A stretch of 64,000 nt of DNA, taken from the NCBI GenBank assembly GCA_043228905.1, contig JBHGNT010000005.1, positions 22,258,001 through 22,322,000 on the forward strand, given 5' to 3'. The stretch comes from Azolla caroliniana. Its lineage: Eukaryota > Plantae > Polypodiophyta. The translations under genes were made by a program, and so were the position numbers. The stretch's first letter is position 1, and each line of letters starts with the position of its first letter. Below, piece by piece: positions 54,376 through 64,000 of this stretch. The notes beneath the pieces are model-generated. The model was not told the DNA's origin and did no database searches. It was given only the letters and a program-made list of their open reading frames with translations.

Positions 54376-56590
54376 CTCGCCCCCTCCAAACTTGCACATC
54401 CTCCGGTATGTGCCGAAGTTGTCGGTGCTCGTTATTCTCCTTCATCCGTAGTACCCTCTGTTTCTCCCGCTATGTTGATCGCCACTTTCTTCGCCTCCCG
54501 CATCTCCATGATCCATGCCCACTTGGTCCTCTGTGTCGGTGTTGTCTAAAGTTACATAGGGCTTCGCGTCACTTCGCTTCTTGAAAATCTTTACAAGTTT
54601 CCCTACTATAGGCACCCGCAGTATTGTTCCATCCAACTCACATAGTTGGTAAGTTCCGTTGTCGAATACTTTTTGAACCTCGTATGGTCCGAACCACCTT
54701 TGAGCTTATTTCCGTATTGAGTTGTGTTGATGGTCCAAACTGTTGTCTTAGACTATCACCCAATCTCCTTCCTCGATCTTCCATGGTCGTAGTTGGTGAG
54801 TTGAATCAATTTTTGCTTTGGAATTGCGCTTCTCGTGTCGTTGTACCACTTTCGTAGTGTCCTCTTGTCTTCCTTCTAGCCATCCTATCCGGACTGCTAG
54901 TAGTTCTTCCTTCCACGGTAGCACCATCCATGTCGCAATTGCAGTTTCTATAGGCATTATTGGAGCTTGCCTGGTCGTAAGTTCTATTGGCATATAACCG
55001 GTCACGGAACTATGCATTGTGCGATCCGCCCATAGTGCGTACGAAAGCGTCTGGGTCCAGAACTTTACTTTTCCGTCACACGCTTTTACTAGTGCTTTCA
55101 CGATTGGACTATGTCCTCGCTCGATCTTCCTGTTGGCTTCTGGACTGTATGTCGTGGTTAATGTTAATCATACTTCATGTTTGGCGAAAAAGTCCTTAGC
55201 TTTATCGAACTCAAGTTCTCCCCAATCCACAATCACTTGTCCCACGCACCTGTACCTGCAGAACACTTCTTCCAAGAGAAATTGGCATTACTACAAAACA
55301 TGTTTTCCTCCATAGTGCCCAACCTTCTACTTGATTCGTCAGATCCTCCTAAGCTAGCACTAAGTGCTTCTTTGGTCCAATATCGGTGGGCATTACCATG
55401 ATGTCAACCATCCATTTGAAGTTGATTGCTAGTGAGAATGTAAGATGTAACTTCTCCTTCGTATTCATCTTCCCGGAATTCCCGGATTACGTTCACCTAG
55501 CATACATGCTCCGAAGTAAAGTAGTATTTGGGAACTTCTACATTATCTGATTTGACTACATCATCTCTGAACCGTGCCCTTGATAGCATATTTGCTACCG
55601 AGATGTATCGTACTTCCGGATTGGAAGATTTCATATACACTATCCACCTTAGCATTGCTACATCTGGCACCAAACAACATCGCATCATTTTGAGTATTGG
55701 AAGACAATCCATTTCGATCAATACTTCCGCTCCTATCAAATAATCGCGATCCAACTTAATCACTGATACTATTCCCCATAGCTCTCGTTTGACTTGCGCA
55801 TATCCATGTTGTCTTTCGTTGAGAACCTTTGCTTAGAATCGAATCAGATATCTTGAACCATCCGTATCGGCTTGGTTGATGACCCATCCGATCCCAGTTG
55901 GACTTGTATCAACCGTAACTATCAGGGAATCATAGTTTGGGTTCTTAAGTGATGCCGCCCTCCAAGTGCTTTCTTGAGCTTCTTCACTGCTTTGGTGTGC
56001 TTCGATCTCCATTCGAACTTTTTCATCTTTTGTAGCAGGTGATAGAGTGGGTGTGTAATGTGTGCATGGTGTGAAATCCAAATGCAATAGAATGTGCATA
56101 CTTCAAGAAAACCCGGTACTTCGGATTGCAAATTGCACACTTCTTTCATAGCTTGATTCACATCGATCTTGATTGGTGACGGTCCTTGACCGTAGGGCCC
56201 GCATAGGTGTCCAACAACCATTATCTCCTCTTGTCCGAATGTTGATTTTTATCCATCTGAGAGCGTTAAGTGAGCGTCTTCTAAGTTCCGTCGTACCTTC
56301 TCACAGTAGTGAATATGGTCAACTACAAACTTTCGACATACCCGGTCATCCGTAGTCTCATCCTTCTCTTCCACCGTACATCCTTTCATCGGGATGTCAT
56401 CAAGAATGACAATGTGATCTCCGAAATGCAATCTCTTAGTACCTTGTTCATTGCGTTCATCATAATGTGCAACCGAATTCGTAGCTCCTTGTGGTAGCAC
56501 ACACATCTGTACTAGACCTATGGGTGTCTACATCGTTGTTATATCCCGACTATCCATGGCTAGTTGGAATTGGTCAAATCCAAAGTATAG
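54376..56590 (-). pseudogene. Ty3/Gypsy pol remnant (RT, RNase H, integrase), no chromodomain seen
   Basis: FDQFQLA..SRDITT, LPQGATNSVAH, LDDIPMKG, VTVDTSPTGIG, KRELWG, YALWADR, ELDGT. Domain order RT-RH-INT. Many stops and frameshifts. Confidence 0.9.
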
Positions 56591-56748
56591 GGCTTCGATG
56601 GGAATTCTCCAGGCGTCAAATGCACCGTGCTCAAATTGATGGTTCATAGTTCCAAAGAAGAATGGGTCACTACGGTTCATTCAAGGTTTGCGACCGGTGA
56701 ACAAAGTCACGACCAGAACTCCGGAGTCAAACCGATAATGGATGAATA
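56591..56748 (+). pseudogene. Inverted N-terminal RT fragment of the same Gypsy type
   Basis: Plus strand reads MGILQASNAPCSN*WFIVPKKNGSLRFIQGLRPVNKVT, the segment that normally lies just upstream of the minus-strand RT. Confidence 0.8.
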
Positions 56749-56749
56749 A

Positions 56750-57354
56750 AATTCATCACGAAGATTCACGCATGTGTGTGCTACTTGAGCGGGACCACCA
56801 AGGTCTTGGACCAGGGAGGACGTTCGCTAAGGTATTGAAAAGAGGACGATGTCAATTTAAGAGTCGAGGAAACATTGTTACACTTGAGAAGATAAAAAAT
56901 TGTACACTTGAGAAGTAGATAAATAAGAAGAATATTATATTGATGGTGGTGGTGATGGTGATTTCACATATTGAGCCCCCCTTACACAAGCCCTAGTAGG
57001 GTTTTTATAGGTCTCTCCATGCACAAAACCATGAGCTTGGAGCCATAGTTTTTGTGCACATAGTTTTGTACGGTTGTTTACATGCACAAAACACAGTTTT
57101 ATACAGTTGTTTACTATGTAATTCTAAATATGATAACAAGATGTAAAGCACTCAACAGTAGCTCTAGTGGTGAATCAATTGTCTCTTGTCTTGGAGGTGC
57201 AAGGTTCAAATCTTGTTTGCACCTCTTTGTATGTACTCAATGCTACTAGACCTTAGGCTTATTTATTTATTTTTACATTTACTAGTGTTTGTGTAATGTG
57301 CGTGGGAACCACACTTTTTCTCCAACTGGACATGCCATGACGCATACCACGACA
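56750..57354 (-). mobile_element. LTR-like sequence of a second family
   Basis: Minus strand starts TGTCGTGG at 57354. agagaccTATAAAA..TGTAAGGGGG at 56977-57016. tRNA-like cassette at 57159-57212. Confidence 0.5.
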
Positions 57355-57999
57355 ATGCAGATCAAATTCTCAAAATCAAACACAATCATTTATTGGAAAG
57401 GCAGATCACACAAAGCAAAAAGAATCTCGGGATTAACTAAAATAAATTTTCAAAAAGGTTTAGGGTTTAGGGTTTTACTCATAAATCTAGTGTTAGGATA
57501 GTCTATTTATTACTGCAAGGTAAGTTAAACCTCTAATCCCCAATCTCCTCATTGCTGTAAAATTTTGATCACCTTCAAGGGAGCCATGCGAAAATATATT
57601 AATTATGAGCCGAAGAAAAAGACAACTCAATTTTGCAAATAAATTATCTGAAATGGGTAATGAGATCCAACGCAGAATGTTCTTACACTGCTGGCCAATT
57701 TCAGCATTCTTTACAAATGTACCAAACAAAAAGAGCCAAATGAGGAAGCAATGAAAGCCAAACAAAGTTCAGGATTATTCCTAATACCTCTTGGTTTTTT
57801 TCTGGAAATTTCACTTTCATGTACAGCTCTAGGATGATATATTGAGAACCAAATATAAAAAGGGCTGACCAAAGCTTCAAATATTCAAAAGCATCTTGAG
57901 TGCAGAGGGAAATTGCATAAAGGATCTGCTTAATGTATCATTTCTGGCCTACTAATGAAATTTCCAAAATTCCTTTTTGCCATTTTCTTTTAGGACCAA

Positions 58000-60900
58000 T
58001 CATTCAGTTGCGCTCTCAAACGATGCAAGAACAATCTGTGCATCTTGTATAATTGGCGATCCCTTCCGGCTTTTTTCTACTATTCTCTTGATCAGTAGTT
58101 TACCCAACTGTTCATCCAACTCAGAAGAATAATCTTCGGGTGCACTGAAATCTTCACATTCAAAAGGAAGTTCATATCCATTGGGACTATCTAACCTGTC
58201 CATATAGGAATCAACATGATCTGGAGAACTTGCTCTAAAGTTCCAATCTGGTAAAGGCAGAGAATCCTCGGAATACACTCCAGTTGTTCTTGCATCAATT
58301 AATTTCACAGAGCAAGGAGTACTCACAGAAGTATCATTGGCTGTATCATCTGATGAATCAACACGTCTCAAAGTAGAGAGGAACTGTTCTGGTTCAGGAT
58401 GGTTTGAAACAGAACCCTTGTTACGAGAATTTCTCCGCCGAGGATAGCGCCTTCCTTTTGATGGAAGTGTCGGCATATTCTCTGTAATTTCAGGTTCATA
58501 TCCCACACAGAAGTCTTCGGCCAAAGAAAATAAATCTACATGTTCAACACTATCAGCATCCAACTGGACTGGATTGATGTTACAGTTATTCCTACTTTCA
58601 ACTTTTATAGAACTATCTTCATCAGAATGATTTGTGAGTGCTCCACCAAGAGATCTTTTGATGGGACAACTGATATCTTCAGCAAACTCATTATAAGCAT
58701 TTCTGCAGGCAGCTACTGCCACATCTCCTAAATCTCCCAAGGTAATAAACACGTTATTATTTTTTTCTGACACTCCTGTCACACCTGAAGGCTTCAAAGA
58801 AACGGTGTTTGTAAAAGCTAATTTTGGAGATACAGGAGAAGCATTTCGTGAACCTGAGCATAAGAAATTATTTCTGGACAATCTTTTCGGCAACCCTTTG
58901 ATCTCTGACATTTTTTCGGAATCCGAATAGGTTCTTGAGGCCTCATATGACTCATCAAACCCTGAATCTCTGCCTGCAGATCATAAATTCACCCAATGTA
59001 TTAACATCCAGAATGAAACATAAGGAAAGGAATAAGACATTACATTCAAAGAGCAATGTGATGCATATTGCTTTTTATTTTGCAAATGTCACATAACCTT
59101 TAGAATTAGAGAAAGCATAGGATAGAAAACTAAGTAGCAACAAGCTAAGCATATTGATAAGAAAATATAAATAACATTGATCAAATTAACAGATTATGAT
59201 TTGTAAAGCATTTCTAACTAAGCTTTGAAAAACAACAGATTGCCTCATACAGAGGCAGTCCAAATAAAGCATGCCGGCAGTACCTTGAAAACGGCCAACA
59301 GGACCAAGCTTCAAAAATTGAAGTTCCGCTTCTTTATTCTGTAACTTAATTTCTATCAATTTGAGCTGAGTCTCCAGATCAGATATCTGCTGCTCTTGTT
59401 GCAATGCTAAAACCTCGTGCAAACGCTTTGCCAATTCTCTAGGTGAGACAGCATAATTACCATCATGAAACTCTTCAGGAGAGGAATCGCTATGATTATC
59501 GTTTGACTCATCCTCCTCAAACTCATAGGGGAGGCCACTTGTTCTCAGCTCCCCTTGCACAAGATTTCCAACTTCCACATGACACTGCCATGATAAACAT
59601 TCCCACAACAGTTTAGCTAAATGTTTAATGGTTTTCCTAGCTACAATTTATCGAGTTTAACATTCTGTTTATCAGAATACATCATCATCATCTTACATCA
59701 CTTGTGTCAGAGCTGTTTTCGTCTTTATACTTCTCTTCATTACCCAAACTCATATCCATTCTCTCAAGTTCGGCTTCTAGTTCTGCTTCTAATGCCGTAA
59801 TGTCATTTGATTCCCTGTGATCAAAGTCATTTAAAATATTTCCCATGTCATTAAGAGACTCCGTAGTACACCTAACCATTGCACTTTGTCTTTGTTCATA
59901 ATTCTGCTCTGTAGTACTCCTAACCATAGCACTTTGTCTTTGCTCAGAATTCCTCTCATAGGATATTAAATTGTTTTCTAGTCCACATCTCCCTTCAAGC
60001 TCATTCTCGAGGCCTTTGATTATCAACTCTGCCTCTTCGAGCAGAGAAGTTAGCCTTAGTACTTCACGTTTATTTGACAGGAATGTGAACATCATGCCAA
60101 CCCCCACTCCAAAATTGTACACTATTCCTTCTGCTGAAATTTGGGCTGATTCTGTTTCATGCAAAATGAGACGCAGAAATAAGATAATTCTCCATGGCCA
60201 AAGTTGTGGTTATTTTATTATGAAAAATAGAGAAATCTTATAGCCACAAATCTTTAGAAGGTCTTGATATTTCAGGAAAATATCTTAAGAGTCTTTGATT
60301 TCTAATACCCTACAAGTAAACTTCAGATGCACTCAGATTATTTAGATAGTTTTCATGATCATTAGTTTATTTTTTAACATATGAAACAGAGGACTCGAAT
60401 ATGGTGGTCAAGATCCAACTTGTATAGCCCTCGCTAGCACAAGGAGAGATGAAACTATAGACAGAAAAAGAGAAAGACAGAGCTAATTAGGCCACAGTTG
60501 AGATGACTGTGTCGACTGTTTGGAGACAGTGAGATCATTGATACAATGATGTAGAGCATGTAGTTCAGGAGATTTAGCATATGGTGTAGTGACGGAATTA
60601 TAGTAGGCACCTGATATAGATTAATCCGGGGCTGTAACTAGTTGTATTATTGAAGGCCAATGGGCGATTTTCCAATGGTTCATAACAGCAAGGGACCATT
60701 CCACATCATAGATAACAAAGTGCATTGTATTCAAGGTAATAGAAAGTGGTAATAGTGCACTGAGTTTATGATCTTTACAATGCAAATTACACAAACTTCA
60801 GGATCGCGTACCTTTAATGTACTCGTTAGATGCCAATAGATGTCCTCTGCAGAAAGTCTCCCACTCTCTCTCCAAATTTTTCTTTCCTTTCATATGTTTA

Positions 60901-62207
60901 ATAGTGCCTGAAGAATCCCATTTGTCTCCTCCTGTAACTCTTTCACTAACAGTCTCTTTTGTTCCCCATTTTCTTGTGTGATCTTTAAAGTTTTTTCTAC
61001 TTGATAAAGAAGGTAACCCAGTTACAAAATCTCCGCTTAATTTCTGCTTAAAATATGATTGCATATCAGTAGAAGGTTGGCTTTGAATTTCAACATCCGA
61101 AGACATCCCCAAAACTTCTTTGTTATCTATTGTCTCTCTATTCTCATCTTCATCCAGCTGTGCCGATAAGCAGCTCTCCAAGGATGTCATTGGTTTGTGG
61201 GGTGCAAGAAACTTCTTTCTCGAACATTTGCTTTTTCCATACCTGTTAGGTGTTCTAATCTTTCTTGAGCTACTTCCTTTGCTCTTATTCTCAGTTTCGT
61301 GCACAAGCAAACTTTCAGTATCTAAGACAAAAACGCCCTCTGAGACATCCCAGAAGCCTGGCATCCATGTGGAAAACATAGAACCTTCACTCTGGCTAGA
61401 CCTTTGGTACATCGCATCCTTTATGCGCTTTCCAGACAAACCCTCTTGAATCAAATATCCACTTTTACGAGCTTTCTCACAACCATTATCATTTGCACGC
61501 TTTCCCGAAAAGGATTTGATCAAGGGTACATGAGGAGTACCATCTAAAATTCCTTTTTCGGTTCTCAAACCTAGAAGAGCCCCCCCTGTCTCTATATCAA
61601 TTCTCTCATTATTTTCCTGATCAACATCTTCAGTTTTGCTGTTTTCACAAATGCTGTTTAGGTCCATGGTGGAAAGATGATCAGGAAGAGCATTGACATC
61701 AGAAAGATCATTGTCCTCTATTTTAGCAAAAGTAACATGATCTTTTTCACATCCAGATGAGTATTTTCCTTCATAATGTTTTCTCTCGTGCTGTCGAATG
61801 GCATCATCACAATTTACCCTACCTTTCTGCTTACCATCTATGATGTTTCTAGAACTCGGTGGATCTTTTTCATCTACAGACGAGCATTTCCCTTCACAAT
61901 TTTCTCTCCCATGCTTACTATTAGCAGTACCACAATTCACCTTGTCTCTCTGTTTAGCTTCTGTGATGTTTCCAGAACCTCTCAAACCATTTCTTTTACC
62001 GAATAGTTTTCCACCTTGCTTTGCATTCAGGGAAGAGAAACGTCTATACTTACCTCTATTCGGGGGACCTCGGATTGGTGCACCCGTCTCGTCTCTTCCG
62101 TCGTTTTGCTCGGCGGAATGAGGGGATTCTTTCGATTTCTGAGCATTTTGCCACCGTCTTGCGAGATAGCCGGAGCCAGCTGCTGCAAGAAGGATCCATA
62201 CTTCCAT
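58000..62207 (-). CDS. POLAR-like coiled-coil protein, about 1041 aa, 4 exons
   Basis: Exons 62207-60812, 60151-59697, 59584-59284 (weak donor), 58973-58000 with consistent phases. Family-like motifs MEVWILLAAAGSGYLARRWQ, GVGMM..K.E..RL..LL, LEAELEAELERM, NYAVSPRELAKRLHEV, LIKRIVEKSRKGSP. Confidence 0.82.
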
Positions 62208-62549
62208 CTGAGAGAGAGAAGGAAGGCGGGCATTCTTTTGTCAAGGATTTCCAGGCAAAGCGGGGCAAGGATGGGCGGCGCGCATTGGAGAGACAGAGAT
62301 GGGGCTATGTGATATGTGATATGTGCGCTCAACCAAATGGCAGAAACAGGGGAGGCTCTGTTTCTCTGTCTCTGTTCTCAGTCTCTTGTCTCTCAGTCTC
62401 TGTCTCTGTGGAAACTTGAAAGAAGACCTTTGAGATTTATCAAAATTTGGTAGACCAGAGAAAGAGGCAGGCAGGCAAGCAAGCAAGCAAAAGCATCAAG
62501 AAGGCAAATATAATCAAATCAATGAGAGCACAAATTCTTCCCCTAGAAT

Positions 62550-62825
62550 AATGACCTATCAGATCGATCGACATACAAAAGAGCTTTTGCGATCGACAAA
62601 CAAGAGAGCTTTCATGATCAATTCACACGCATGCATCAATTGAATGACCTATTGATCGATCGATGCATCGATCGGCTTCATAAGCCATCCAACAAACGAA
62701 ATGAGAGAGCTTTTGTGATCGATTCACACTCGTGCATCGATCCGAATGACCTATTGATTGGCTTCAGAATGCCGTCCAACAAACGAGAGAGCTTTCGCGA
62801 TCAATTCACACGCACACATCAATCG
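62550..62825. repeat. Degenerate tandem repeats upstream of the POLAR-like gene
   Basis: gagagcttt..gatc.attcacac and aatgacctat motifs repeated 3-4 times. Confidence 0.7.
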
Positions 62826-64000
62826 TGCTCGTATACCATCCACACAAATGCGGGAGCTTTGCAGCCCATAGTCAATTTTGTTGTCATCGCCTTTATGCAA
62901 TCAGTTTCGATGGGATCATGATAAGAAGCTAATCGACCATCGCCAAGATAAATTCAACGAGATACTCAGACTCCCCAACATGACTTATCCCACGAGTTAT
63001 TTTTCGCACATATGAGTAATGTCTCACTCGTGTCCCTACTAGCCTTAGATTGTGTACGCTTCAAATAGTAGTCATTTAGATGAGCTTTGAAGACATTTTT
63101 GGCATTGTGTATCCATGTTTGTGTACCATGGTTGAAATGTGGGGAAACCAATTGTTGATATGATAGAATGATGAGATCTCAAGTAAAGATATATATATTT
63201 TATCGTCCTCCAAAGCAAGAGATGATACACAGTACTAAGATACAATCCTCTTCCAAACTAAAGGAAACATTGGCATGTACCTTGTGTCTAGTTTTAGGAC
63301 AAAAATGTAATATATTAACAAACACACCAAGAAAGCACCAAACACAAACAAAGGCATGATGTACACTATGAAGTACTCTTTAAAGAGTTATATATTAACA
63401 TCTTTAAAGAGATACAAAGGAGTGAGTCCTCAACCTTACCCCTCTACAAGAGTGAAATTGTATCTGCAAGAGTAATATGTAAAGATCCTCCAAAGTAAAG
63501 AACTTTCAACCACCACCACCTTGCTAGTGCTTGTTATGCTATACAACATATTAAAATGTTTGTTGACACATCAACGCATTCCTCTAGTAATCTATCTTGT
63601 AAATCTAATGCAAGTCACAAGAAAGTTTGTAGAAAGTCCTTCATGTCTTCACTTCACACTTCCCATGGCAACCTGTTCTCTCCATTTTTACAATTGTCGT
63701 GATATATCTAAATTAATCAACAACACATCTCCAATACCATTGCCGAATATAGTGCCAAATATCTCGAAAATCATCAGCAATTCTACGTCGTAAGCTCATT
63801 TCATACCGTGATTGTTGTTTCTTTCGCGAGCCTAACTCTTTCCACGCAATGCATGTATAAAAAGAGCATGTTTCTCACCTTCAAACTGCTTGTGTCAATA
63901 TATTTTTAGACCACTTACCCACACCTACCCATGTTTCAGCAAGATCCAAATCCCAAGAACATGCAATATGGCAATAATAAGGTGGAATGTTCATACTATC

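Noticed and set aside
54375-57354. The two LTRs as a matched pair of one intact element
   Set aside because: Their sequences are not recognisably alignable by eye, and gag and PBS are missing.

Overview
Eukaryotic land-plant genomic DNA, probably a non-seed plant such as a fern (inferred from TE types and microsatellite-rich introns, not proven). It holds four apparently intact spliced genes: a Raf-like group C (HT1/Raf36-like) kinase (-), formate--tetrahydrofolate ligase (+), a TBL/PC-esterase O-acetyltransferase (-) and a POLAR-like coiled-coil protein (-). It also holds an intronless alpha-expansin pseudogene. The rest is nested transposon debris: a CACTA end, a Copia gag remnant, a 15.6-kb hAT element (8-bp TSD) carrying a full-length L1 (15-bp TSD), a truncated L1 and an RTEX-like LINE, further LINE fragments, and a decayed Gypsy with an internal inversion. 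Most notable: (i) tRNA-like Pol III A/B-box cassettes with near-constant 31-33 nt spacing recur inside three different LTR-like sequences; (ii) three divergent L1 copies share a structured 3' tail (AACTAATG hairpin, U-tract, GG, poly-A); (iii) a young 8 x 197-bp satellite grew from a LINE tail plus flank, with a templated junction and a 4-mer higher-order pattern; (iv) the L1 ORF1 is unusually long, with an RS-repeat N-terminus and an unrecognised C-terminal domain. All calls were made by eye, with no database searches.
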